From Candidatus Marinacidobacterales bacterium (GTDB lineage: Bacteria; Acidobacteriota; Vicinamibacteria; Marinacidobacterales; DATDRI01), in NCBI GenBank assembly GCA_965219415.1, contig CBDCNP010000002.1:384001-448000 (forward strand): a stretch of 64,000 nucleotides of DNA, in the 5' to 3' direction. The notes beneath the pieces were generated by a model. The model was not told the origin of the DNA and ran no database searches. It was given only the letters and a program-made list of their open reading frames with translations. Every line of letters starts with the position of its first letter. Position 1 is the first letter of the stretch. Shown here piece after piece: positions 1 to 10,074 of this stretch. Made by a program: the position numbers and the translations under genes.

Positions 1-1676
1 TCAACGCTCGGAGCTCCGAGAGCTTCCCTTCCATCGCTATCGAAGAAGAGGGCGTCTTGGAGACGTTCGCCGCTGCACTTCGTCTCACGATGACCGAGCT
101 TTCGACTCGATACAAGATCGGCGAGGACGTCCGTGGACCGCGCGCGGCGCGCGAATGGGCGGAGCGCGCCATGAAAGCGACCTTCAAGATGGCGCAACCG
201 GCTCCAAAAGAAGAACCCGTACCCGCCCCCCCGAGGCTGGTGCTTCGTCAACGGCGGATCCAGCGTCAGCGACGGAACCACCACCCGCGACCGTGCTCCG
301 GGTGCGAACGCCCTCATCGCCTCGGACCAAGCTCGGGTCCGCCCCGGCGGATCCGCCATCCACAGAGTCACCCGCGCCGTCCGCATCAGCCGAAGCTCAG
401 GATCCCATGGCAGCCCAGGCACTCGTCAACAGCTACGCCGAGGCGGCAGCCGGACTCACCGACCATTTGGGCCGACTCCGCGAGGAGAGGGACGAGGCGA
501 ACCGAAGGCTGGAAGAACTCTATGCCGTGGCCGACATTGGGCGCAGCCTACTTCATGCCTCGCGCGATCGAGCCAAAGTGTTGCTGGAGGGCGTGGTGAA
601 GAAGATGTCGGAAATCTTCCGCACTTCGCAGGCTTCGCTATCCCTCATGCGACCGGACGGCGAGTTGGAGGTCGTCGTTCACCAAGGGATCGAAGACGAT
701 CCTATTGTCTACGGAACTTCGTCCGAAGGTCATTCACTCGGCCCATCACTTCTGGAAGCTGGACAACTTCGCCTCGAGCTGCGCGGAGCGGCCGGTCCCC
801 TCGGTGAAGCGATCGAGCGAGTCGGTTCGCAGTGTGTCGCGGTCCTGGTGCTTCCACTCCAGACACCGGCTCGCCCCATCGGGATGCTGGTTTTCTATCT
901 CCCCGAGGAAGCGTCGATCCCGACCGAGTTCGAAATGGAGCACCTCGAGCGCTTGGCGCTCGGGCTGACGTTGACGCTGGAGGTCGCCTCCGAGGCAGTC
1001 TCGACCGACCGTTTGGAAACGATGACCAAAGCGGTGCTCGCCGGACAGCTTGCGCAGCATGTTTTTCGCTCCGCAGACGCGCCCATCGACCAAATCGTGT
1101 CCGCCCTTTATCGACTTCGCTCGCGCCCCGGTTCACCGGCATGGATCACCGACGGCCTCGGCCAGATGGAAGACACGATCTTCCAGCTCCAGAAATTGAG
1201 TCGGGGGGTGGCGGCATTCGGGGACGACGAGCTCCCTCCCGCCGACCGCGTCTCCTTGGAGGAGCTCCTCGGCGAAATCGAGGCTGACTTTCGCGTGCCA
1301 TTGGCCGAGGCGGGGATCACCTTTCAAATCGAGAACAAGGCCGGCGGTGCTTTCATGAAAGCGGAGCCAGTCCTGCTCCGCGCCCTCGTCGGGGGATTGG
1401 TAGAGAACGCTCGCCGGGATCACATCCGGAGGCATGATACGGGTGATCGCACAATTGTCCGACCGAACCGTGCGGCTCGCCATTTTCCATAACGCCGGCG
1501 CGTTGGTTGCTAGGAGAGCTCCCGCGCAAGCCCTGTCATGGCCGTTCGAACGGCGTCTATCCGACATCAACCTGAAGCTGGTCGAAACTATGGTCTCCTA
1601 TTTTCAAGGCGAGCTGACGACCGAAACCCGAGAGAAGGTCGGTACGATGACGACGCTGGCGCTACAAAGCGAGTGA
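1..1676 (+). CDS. 5'-truncated multidomain protein: C-terminus of MglA-like small GTPase, Pro-rich linker, GAF domain, degenerate histidine-kinase/HATPase region; two apparent frameshifts (~230, ~1430)
   Basis: Frame from nt 3 reads NARSSESFPSIAIEEEGVLETFAAALRLTMTEL, matching the MglA C-terminal helix pattern. ORF 155..1492 has a GAF-like core (VLVLPLQTPARPIGMLVF) and an N-box (LVENA). ORF 1434..1676 supplies the HATPase-like end. Confidence 0.6.
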
Positions 1677-2846
1677 ACTAGGGGTCGGTCGAGGAAGTCG
1701 CGCGCGCCACCGATGCTCGGCCCGATCCCACCGCAAGACCTGAACCAGCCGGGACCATCCCCAAGCCATGACCTGGCACAATCGACGGAGATAAAACCAG
1801 CGAGTGGCACCGCCCGGAAACACTTCGCGCAGGACGTTGTGGCGAGGAAAAGTGAACTCCCACAAGTAGCCCAGCTTTCCGAGAGCCGAGGGGATCGAGA
1901 AAACCACCAAGAGCTCTCCCGTCGCCTCCGCAGCCCGCCTAGCCACGACCGCATCCACGAACTTGCATTCCATGCGATTCAGGCGCGGCAAAGAGACCCT
2001 TACTCCGGGTGGAATCTTCACCGAGAGCAGTTGCTCCATCGCCGAGACCGCATAGGCGACGGAACGCTGGGTCCCGGTTTTCTCGGCTTCGAGCAAGAGC
2101 TCTTCCCAGTCCAGCCGCCGGGAAACCAAGACTAAATCGACCAACCAGATGAGTCGGGAGAACGAGTGCTTCTGCGCGTGCACCGCGAGATGGAGAAACT
2201 GATGAGCGGGTGGCAGAGTCAGCAAGCTTTCGTCACCGGGATCCAAGGGCACCGCCTTGGCCCAGACCGCTTCGGCATCGAACCGAAACGCGAGAACCCG
2301 TCTGCGGATTCGAGACGCGTTGATGAGGTCGGTATGGAGGTCGAACATCACCGGCCCCTTCGTGAAAAGCGTCCCCGATGAGCCCGGGGAACGGAAGCCC
2401 CGCTGAAAGAGCGTATCCCGTACTCGGGGAAGGTCTATCTCTTTCACCAGGAGATCCAGGTCGCTCAAAGGGCGTAACCCCAGCTGGCCTCCGTAAGCGG
2501 TGGTGGTCAGCGCGTCGCCTTTGAGAAGAATGATCCGAAACCCTTCCTTCTGGAGAGCAGCACGAAGCGCAAGTAGCTCTGCGAAATGGCTTCCGTTGGA
2601 GACGAAAATCTCATGGAGCGCCTTGGAGAAAGGCTCCAAGGGAAGCTTCAAACCGTCGATTCTTGTGAGCTGCTCGAGCTGAAGCGCCAGCACACCGCTC
2701 ATGCCTTCTTGCCCCGCCAGCCCGAGCAGACCCGCCCAGTCCAAGGACGGACCGATGCATTCGAGAGCCTCCTCCTTCTCGGCGTTGCCGAGGAAGAGAC
2801 GCCCCGCGGCGAGGAGCAGGTCTAGCTCTGGGCTTCTAGCAACCAC
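1662..2846 (-). CDS. Nucleotidyltransferase family protein (NTP_transf_5-like, type found in lasso/RiPP clusters)
   Basis: LLKGDAL...RPLSDLDLLV, FDLH, HLAVHAQKH and RLIWLVDL motifs; overlaps the upstream RRE gene. Confidence 0.85.
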   Translation of the reverse strand: MVARSPELDLLLAAGRLFLGNAEKEEALECIGPSLDWAGLLGLAGQEGMSGVLALQLEQLTRIDGLKLPLEPFSKALHEIFVSNGSHFAELLALRAALQKEGFRIILLKGDALTTTAYGGQLGLRPLSDLDLLVKEIDLPRVRDTLFQRGFRSPGSSGTLFTKGPVMFDLHTDLINASRIRRRVLAFRFDAEAVWAKAVPLDPGDESLLTLPPAHQFLHLAVHAQKHSFSRLIWLVDLVLVSRRLDWEELLLEAEKTGTQRSVAYAVSAMEQLLSVKIPPGVRVSLPRLNRMECKFVDAVVARRAAEATGELLVVFSIPSALGKLGYLWEFTFPRHNVLREVFPGGATRWFYLRRLCQVMAWGWSRLVQVLRWDRAEHRWRARLPRPTPSSLAL

Positions 2847-3372
2847 AATTGTTGGCAGCCTGACCCGGATTCATGCAGATGCCGTTGCAGCATCGCCACG
2901 TCGGGGTGCAGTCTCCGCCCGGGTTCGCGCACGGTGTACAGTCGGCGAGACCGGAACAGTTAGAATTCGGAATGCAGCTCTGGGCGTGTGCCGGAGTGGG
3001 TGCAACGATCGAGCTCACCACGGGTAGCATTACCGAGGCCGCGAGGCCGACTTTCTTCAACCGACGAATGAAGTCACGCCGAGAGTACGCCTCGATGAAC
3101 GCTTCGTCTTCCAGCAAGCCGACGCGCGCGAGGCGGCCCAAGGCATAGCGCACGACCTCTCGGTCGGCAGGTTCGTCGAGCTCACTCGCCAAGATGCGGG
3201 CCAACTGACTGACGGTCTTCTTGCCATCGCTCCGGCGCCATACGATCGCGGCGGCACGATTGAGACGATGCGCTCGATGGTTTCTCAAGTCATAGACCAG
3301 AACTTCGTCGAGAAGGTTCTGCACCGCTAGATCCTTTTTCCTCCGACGAGGTTTGTCGCGTCCTCTGCGCAT
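2836..3372 (-). CDS. PqqD/RRE domain fused to twin-arginine-like leader and Cys-rich peptide
   Basis: N-terminal DEVLVYDL...HRLNRAAAIVWRRSDG...LARVGLLE (PqqD fold), then SRRDFIRR, a hydrophobic segment, APTPAHA|QS and 10 Cys in the last 47 aa. Confidence 0.85.
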   Translation of the reverse strand: MRRGRDKPRRRKKDLAVQNLLDEVLVYDLRNHRAHRLNRAAAIVWRRSDGKKTVSQLARILASELDEPADREVVRYALGRLARVGLLEDEAFIEAYSRRDFIRRLKKVGLAASVMLPVVSSIVAPTPAHAQSCIPNSNCSGLADCTPCANPGGDCTPTWRCCNGICMNPGQAANNCGC

Positions 3373-3389
3373 GTTCGCTCCTTGCCAAA

Positions 3390-4226
3390 CTAGGCGGCGC
3401 TATCGAACTCGGCCAGCATTTTCTCCAGTACCTCATCCACTTCGCCTCGCGCACCGATCAAGACCGGCGCCCGACGGACGGCGCGCTTCAACATCTCGAG
3501 CGCCCGTTGAGGCGCCAGGCGGGCCGAGGCGGTGTTGGCCAACAGCGCGAGCGCCGCTTGACCGGGAGATAGCGTCTGCGGACTCCAACTTGCTCCCGGC
3601 TTGTACTCACTCACAATGACCAGCCCGACGGGTAGCGGTGGCCCCCCGGCCGTCACACCCAGTTCCTCAACCAACCCAGATATGGAAGGCCTGTCCCCCT
3701 CGAGGGTCCCAGTTGGGTGGGGAAAAGCGTGTACGCGGCCGCGTGAATCGAAGACCGCATATTCGTGGGAGTAATACGTTGCGCCCGCCCTGACCAATCC
3801 GGCGACCAGAGTGCTCTTGCCGCTGAAGGTCTTGCCCGGCAAAACGATTGCCCGGCCGTGCCATCCGACCACCCCGGCGTGGACGAACACTCGTGTCTCC
3901 GAGGTTTCGGCAACAAAGAGCCGCATGTCCGACGCGAAAACCTGAAGTAGATCGTCGAGGTCCATCGTCCTCGAGATCCGTTCCGTATTGGCATAGAGAA
4001 GGTTGTACCAGCGGACCCGCTCGGGGGAGCCTGTTGCCTGGTTGGACCCCACCCGGAGCGAATACAAACGATCCACGACGCGGGATCTCGCCGGTTTCCA
4101 ACCAGGAGAGAGCAACGGCTCGAGACGCTCGAGCACTTCCGCTTGGTTGACGCGAATCCCTACACGAGTACCGTAGACTTGATAGGCGATCCCCGCTTCC
4201 CAACCCAACCGATCGAGCTCCTTCAT
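3390..4226 (-). CDS. HPr kinase-like P-loop protein (RiPP kinase type); probable start MKELDRLGW
   Basis: FVHAGVV, Walker A GKTFSGKST, YYSHEYAV and HAFP motifs; start chosen within ORF 3390..4361. Confidence 0.8.
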   Translation of the reverse strand: MKELDRLGWEAGIAYQVYGTRVGIRVNQAEVLERLEPLLSPGWKPARSRVVDRLYSLRVGSNQATGSPERVRWYNLLYANTERISRTMDLDDLLQVFASDMRLFVAETSETRVFVHAGVVGWHGRAIVLPGKTFSGKSTLVAGLVRAGATYYSHEYAVFDSRGRVHAFPHPTGTLEGDRPSISGLVEELGVTAGGPPLPVGLVIVSEYKPGASWSPQTLSPGQAALALLANTASARLAPQRALEMLKRAVRRAPVLIGARGEVDEVLEKMLAEFDSAA

Positions 4227-4510
4227 GGATGGCGAGCCACCGTCGAGCCGTGGCAGAAGCGAACGTGCCAAGCGATTCTCTCCCTGTTCGAGTTTAGACC
4301 CCGGCGCCTCGGAGACACAGTGTTCCCAGAGAGTCCGACGAAAACCCGTTGTGATGAACACTTAAATTTATCTGTTACTTGTATCAACAGGTTACCAAAA
4401 GTACTCGACCGAGGCAAGAACCGCCCACGCGCAGATCTCGTTTGCGCTAGCGACCGCCGCTATATAGCCTGGGCCGCACGAAAAAGGCGGTTTTACAGGA
4501 GTCAGGGGCA

Positions 4511-5278
4511 TTGGGTGTTCTCGAGGGAAAGCGGGCGCTCATCACAGGTGCGGCTTCCGGCATCGGAAAGGCCGCCGCACTTCTTTTCGCCAAGGAGGGC
4601 GCCGCGGTCTCGGTGACCGACCGGGATACGGCGGGTGGACTGGAGACGGTGCGAGAGATAGAGGGACAAGGGGGCCGGGGCCTTTTCGTTGCTGCCGATG
4701 TAACCCGCGCGGAAGACTGTGAAAGCGCTGTGCAGCAGACCGTCGCTTGGCTCGGAGGCCTGGATGTGCTCTTCAACAATGCCGGGATCATCATTCGCCG
4801 CTCGGTCGTGGAACTCGACGAGGCCGATTGGGACCGCGTGATGGCGGTCAACGTGAAATCTATCTTCCTTATGTCGAAGTATGCGATTCCGATTATGCAG
4901 GCGGGTGGCCAAGGCACCATTATTAATATGTCCTCCGGATGGGGCTTGGTGGGAGGCCCGAAGGCGGCCGCGTACTGTGCAAGCAAAGGAGCCGTCGTTC
5001 TCCTGACGAAGGCGATGGCCGTCGATTGTGGTCCGGACGGCATCCGCGTCAATTGTCTATGCCCGGGCGACACCGATACTCCATTGCTGCGAGTCGAGGC
5101 ACGTCAACTGGGAACGAACGAGCCGGAATTCCTGGTCGAAGCCGCGCGAAGGCCGCTCGGGCGCGTCGGTTCCCCGGAAGATATTGCACGTGCGGCACTC
5201 TTCCTCGCCAGTGACGCCTCGAGCTACGTGACCGGAACCACACTGGTCGTCGATGGCGGCGGCCTCGCCGCCGGCTAG
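4511..5278 (+). CDS. SDR family oxidoreductase
   Basis: TGAASGIG, NNAG and YCASK motifs. Confidence 0.95.
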   Translation: MGVLEGKRALITGAASGIGKAAALLFAKEGAAVSVTDRDTAGGLETVREIEGQGGRGLFVAADVTRAEDCESAVQQTVAWLGGLDVLFNNAGIIIRRSVVELDEADWDRVMAVNVKSIFLMSKYAIPIMQAGGQGTIINMSSGWGLVGGPKAAAYCASKGAVVLLTKAMAVDCGPDGIRVNCLCPGDTDTPLLRVEARQLGTNEPEFLVEAARRPLGRVGSPEDIARAALFLASDASSYVTGTTLVVDGGGLAAG

Positions 5279-5293
5279 CTAAGAAGGAGGATT

Positions 5294-6091
5294 ATGATGA
5301 CAGTCAAACGATCTCTGTGGCTCTTCATGATGCTGGCCGGCTTTTCCTGCTCGCCACCTCCCGCAGCTCCACCCGAGCTGGAAATGCCCCGAGCCATCGT
5401 GGACCTGTCGCCCACTATAGGGGAGGACATGCCAACCAAGTCTCTCGGCGTCACGGCTCTCGAAGCCTTCGGTGTCCCGGTCACGACGACCTTCGAAGTC
5501 AAGGTCACCGAAGAGCCTTTCTATATCGCCGATGCCCTCATCACTTTGTTCAATCACGTGGGGCCCCATCATGATCCTCCCAGTCACCTCATAAAAGGGG
5601 GAGAGTCCGTAGATCAGGTTCCACTCGATCGGTTTTACGGTCCAGCTAAGTTTTTTGATTTTCGCTCCAAAGCAAAAGACGACCCCCTCCTTCCCTCGGA
5701 CTTCGAGAACCGCGGCATCGAAGCGGGCGACATCGTGCTCGTCTTCGTCGACTACGAGCAGCCCGCCGACGGGGAGCTCCCCTCCTACGCGTACTTGTCG
5801 GGAGACGCGGCCGAGTACCTTGCCAATGTCCCCATCAAGGCCTTCGCCTCGAACATGCCGAGCCTCGGAAACGTGAAGCGGTACTTCCAGTTGATCGAGG
5901 AGGGACGCACCGGCTCGGAGAACATTTTCCCCGAGCACTATGCGTTCTTGTCCCGCGACATCCCGAACATCGAGGGGTTGGCGAATTTGGAAAGCCTATT
6001 GGGAGAGGAGGAGATCGTCTTCGTCGGCTTTCCGTTAAAGATCAAAGACGGGAATGGCGCGCCCCTGCGCGCGGCGGCTCTCGTGTATTGA
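5294..6091 (+). CDS. Cyclase family (kynurenine formamidase-like) metallohydrolase, probable lipoprotein
   Basis: HVGPHHDPPSH, IEGLANL and PLKIKDGNGAPLRA motifs; hydrophobic N-terminus ending AGFSC. Confidence 0.85.
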   Translation: MMTVKRSLWLFMMLAGFSCSPPPAAPPELEMPRAIVDLSPTIGEDMPTKSLGVTALEAFGVPVTTTFEVKVTEEPFYIADALITLFNHVGPHHDPPSHLIKGGESVDQVPLDRFYGPAKFFDFRSKAKDDPLLPSDFENRGIEAGDIVLVFVDYEQPADGELPSYAYLSGDAAEYLANVPIKAFASNMPSLGNVKRYFQLIEEGRTGSENIFPEHYAFLSRDIPNIEGLANLESLLGEEEIVFVGFPLKIKDGNGAPLRAAALVY

Positions 6092-6106
6092 TCAAGGAGA
6101 AAGACA

Positions 6107-7289
6107 ATGAGCTCACACGCTCGACTCACACTTCTTGTTGGATGGATTCTGGCGTCTCTAGCCGGAGTCGCGGCGCCTCTGGCGGCTCAGGAGTACTATC
6201 CCGCGGCCCACCCAATGGAAGATGCGGTCACCGGAGGAAGTCGGAATGGACTCAGCCCTGCTCGACGAAGCCGTCCGATTCATCAAGGCATCCGAGAATG
6301 AGAACCCTCGGGATCTCGGTGAGTACCTCACGGTCAGACTCACGAGCGAACCCCATAGCGAGATCGTCGGCCCGGTCAAAGAACGCGGCGACGTGAGCGG
6401 CGTCATTCTTCGTCACGGCTACATCGTTGCCGAGTGGGGTGACCCACAACGGGTGGATATGACCTTCAGCGTGACTAAGAGCTTCCTCTCGACGACCGTT
6501 GGGTTAGCCTACGACCGTGGTCTCATTCGAGACGTACAAGATCCCGTCCAAGAGTACGTTCCTCTGGAGCATTTCGACTCGGAGCACAACTCGAAGATCA
6601 CTTGGGACCACCTTCTGCGGCAGACGAGCGACTGGAAGGGAACGCTTTGGGGTAAGCCCGACTGGGCCGACCGTCCCGGCGACAACCCCGCGGAGTGGCT
6701 CACCCGAGCACGACACGAGCCGGGTACCGTCTACAAGTACAACGATGTCCGTGTGAACGTCCTGGCCTTGGCGGCGCTCGAAGTCTGGCGCCGACCTCTG
6801 CCGCAGGTTCTGAAGGAATACGTCATGGATCCCATAGGAGCCTCCAACACGTGGCGCTGGCACGGCTACGAGAACTCTTGGGTCACCATCGATGGATTGA
6901 AGATGCAATCCGCGAGCGGGGGCGGACACTGGGGCGGCGGCATGTTCATATCCGCCCGCGACCAAGCTCGGTTCGGTTACTTCACGCTGCGGCGTGGCAA
7001 ATGGAAGGGCCAACAACTCCTCTCGGAAGAATGGTTCGACATGGCAACCACGCCTACCAAGGCCCGGCCAGGCTATGGCTTCATGAACTTCTTTCTCAAC
7101 ACCGATCGAGAGATGCTACCGAGCGCCCCGGAAAACGCCTTCTGTCACTTGGGCTCGGGGACAAACATGGTTTGTGTGCTTCCGGACCAGGACTTGGTGG
7201 TCGTGGCGCGCTGGATCAAGAGGGATATCGAGGACGGCATCATTCAAAGGGTGCTGGCTTCCCTCAAGCCATCATCGACGACGAACTGA
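6107..7289 (+). CDS. Secreted serine hydrolase (beta-lactamase/class C-like); apparent frameshift near 6215
   Basis: Signal peptide in ORF 6107..6301; SVTK (SxxK), YND and HLGSG in ORF 6222..7289. Confidence 0.85.
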
Positions 7290-7293
7290 GGGA

Positions 7294-8499
7294 CTACCGG
7301 CGGCGGTTCCGAGTCGGGAACTTCTGGAATTTCTGGGTAGCGGCGATTTCGTTCAAGCCCTCGCGGACGAGCGATTCGATATCCGAACTCGGCTTCAAAT
7401 CGAGCGCATCCATTAGGTGCTGGTAGGCGGCGGTCGGCTCTCGGAAGGCGTGAAGCTGCAGGAGACCGGCATAGGCGTGGGCCTCAGCCGCGCCCTTATC
7501 CGCCGGATAGTCGCGAAGATGGCGCTGGTAGATAGTGAGCGCGGCCTTGGCGTGCCCGTTCCTCGCAAGCCAATTCCCCAGCGAGATCGAATCATCCGGA
7601 TCCAAGAGACGGCGAGTCGCGTTGGACGGTAGCTCGAAGTAGAGTTTCCCTGCCTCTTCGAACCTCTGTTCTCGAATCGCGTCGGCGACCTTTTTCCGAA
7701 TGGGCGGTGCCTCCGCTGCCGGTGCCCGTCGAGCGCGAAACTCTTCCGGTCGCGAGCGGACCTCGCGAAGACCGGCGATCCATGCCACCAACACTCCCGC
7801 TAAGAAACCCCCGATGTGCGCACCATGCGCCACACCGCCACCGCCACCTCGTGAGATCAGAAAGGGGAAGATATTCTCGAGTACGAGATAGACCCCCAGC
7901 ACCAGGCGCGAACGCAATAGCATCGTTTGCATGATGAACGGAAAAAAGAAAATGAAGACCCGCACTTTGTTGTGAGGAAACCATAGGAAGTAGAAACCGA
8001 GCACTCCGGAAATGGCTCCCGATGCCCCCACCAGCGGAAGCGGTGACCGGCCGGAGAACATTCCGTAGAACAGAGTCGCCGCGACACCGGTGGCCAAGTA
8101 CCAAAAGAGATACTTGAAGGATCCCAGTCGGTGCTCCACGTTGTCTCCATAAATCCACAGGAACAGCATGTTTCCGAAGAGATGAATGAAGCCGCCGTGG
8201 AGGAACATCGCGGTGAAGAGGGTGACCAGAGAAGGGTCTATGCTTCGAAAGCCCCATGAGAAGACAACCAGGTCGTAGGCTGATATTTGTTGAATCACCT
8301 GGGACGGTGAGACGCCCGGCGGCAGGCTTTCACTCACCGCGTTCACATACTCCTGCACGCGCGGATCCTGCGGGTCGGCGGCATTGAAACTGAGTGGCAA
8401 CGAGATGAGAACGTAGACCGCGACGTTCATCGCAATGAGAGCGTAGTTTACGTACGGAACGCCTTGGGGATTAGGCTCATCTCCTAGTGGCAAGAACAT
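7294..8499 (-). CDS. Rhomboid intramembrane serine protease with C-terminal TPR-like domain
   Basis: FLHGGFIHLFGNM, GASGAISG and AHGAHIGG motifs. Confidence 0.92.
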   Translation of the reverse strand: MFLPLGDEPNPQGVPYVNYALIAMNVAVYVLISLPLSFNAADPQDPRVQEYVNAVSESLPPGVSPSQVIQQISAYDLVVFSWGFRSIDPSLVTLFTAMFLHGGFIHLFGNMLFLWIYGDNVEHRLGSFKYLFWYLATGVAATLFYGMFSGRSPLPLVGASGAISGVLGFYFLWFPHNKVRVFIFFFPFIMQTMLLRSRLVLGVYLVLENIFPFLISRGGGGGVAHGAHIGGFLAGVLVAWIAGLREVRSRPEEFRARRAPAAEAPPIRKKVADAIREQRFEEAGKLYFELPSNATRRLLDPDDSISLGNWLARNGHAKAALTIYQRHLRDYPADKGAAEAHAYAGLLQLHAFREPTAAYQHLMDALDLKPSSDIESLVREGLNEIAATQKFQKFPTRNRRR

Positions 8500-8567
8500 G
8501 GCGTGGGTTCGTCGTTTTCGACGTTATTGTCAGGGGGACTATACCACTTGGAAACGCGCCCGAACGC

Positions 8568-10066
8568 CTACCGATAACGCCCCAGCACCGGCCGGCCGGG
8601 CTGGGCGCCGGGAACGGTTTTCCCCTCTCGCACCACGAAGGTGCCATGGACCAGTACGTGCTCGATTCCCTGCGAAAAGCTCAGCCCGTTTTCGAACGTA
8701 GCGGTATCGAGTATCTTGTCCGGATCGAAGACGGTGATGTCCGCGTCGGCGCCCACCTTGATCCGCCCCTTGTTCTTCATGGACGGAGCAATCCCCTCTA
8801 GCCGTCGAGCCGGCATGAGCGTCATCTTGCGCAGGGCTTCCATCAAGGTCAGGACGCCTTGTTCGCGGACGTATCGGCCGAGCACACGGGAGAAGGTCCC
8901 GGCGCCACGAGGATGGGCCCCGGGCGCGTACGGCATACCATCCGACCCAATCATTACGAACGGCGTGCGCATCGCGAGCTCTATCCATTCTGGTTTCATC
9001 ATGTGGATGATGACGACGCCGCCTTTCTCGCGGTATGTCTCAAAAGTCTCCTGGGTGAGTCGCTCTCCCGTATCTTGCCACTGCAGATCCCGGTACGAGA
9101 TCTGCATACGCTCTCGCCATCCTTCGTCGAAGATCGCCGATTGCAAGAACGTGGAAGCGGCGGTGTAAGGGTAGGCTTCCGTAGTCACGTCCAAACCCCT
9201 CTGTTGCGCCCCCGCAATCAACTCCAGAACCGTCGGCAGCGCGCCAAGACTCATGCTGTTCACGTGGACGATGTGGAGCGAGGCGCCGGTGGCAGCGGCG
9301 TTGGCGATCACCTCTTGCATCGCATCGATCCGCATCGCCCGGACGTGCGTGAAGATCGGAACCTCCCAGCCTTCGGCCATTTCAAACACTCGATAGATCT
9401 CCTCGTGGGTCGCGCCCGGGAAGTATTGATGCTCCATGCCAATTCCGAGGGCACCTTCGCGGAGACCCGACTCAAAGCTTTCCTTCAGGCGAGCGAGTCC
9501 CTCGAGACCCAGCCTCTCGTAGGCACCTTTCATCAGCGCCAAATAGTCGGCGTCCCCGAAGGGGCGACTCTCCAACTCCGCTCGAAGTCTGTTTCCGATC
9601 TCTTGGAACTCCGGCATCACCGTCGTCCGCAGCATGCCGTGGCCGGCGGTGGCACCGAAGTTGATGAGCGCCTTCCCCGCCCGTGAACGGATGAAGGCGC
9701 CGACGAACGGCATCCCCCCTTCGAGCTCGAGCGCGGTGGTGACTCCGTCGTGAACCTGAAACTCATTGGCTTCGTTGGTTTGGCCGTGTGCGTGCAGATC
9801 GATGAAACCTGGGGCGACCACCAAGCCCCGGACATCGACGATAGTTGTCCCCTCGAGAGGTTGGGTAGAAATCTCAGAAATCCGGTCACCTTGAATGCCG
9901 ACGTAGCGCACCGCATCGAGACCGCTCTCTGGATTCATCACCCGCCTCCGGCCAGAACGATGTCGAACCGAGTGGCCGCGGACTGGGAGTAGACTTCACA
10001 CCCCGGCAACGCACACAAGCTGAGGAGCGCCAAAACGTAAACGTAGCGACGGGTGAGACTCTGCAT
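8568..10066 (-). CDS. D-aminoacylase/dihydroorotase-like amidohydrolase, probable lipoprotein; apparent frameshift near 9940
   Basis: PGFIDLHAH, GSDG, HPRGAGTFSRVLG and GADADITVFD motifs; the N-terminus (MQSLTRR...LPGC...DIVLAGG) lies in adjacent-frame ORF 9938..10129. Confidence 0.85.
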
Positions 10067-10074
10067 CTTGGTTC

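Noticed and set aside
1662-4361. Canonical lasso peptide or PQQ biosynthesis cluster
   Set aside because: No asparagine-synthetase-like cyclase, B2 peptidase, lasso-type precursor or pqqA/B/E in the window.
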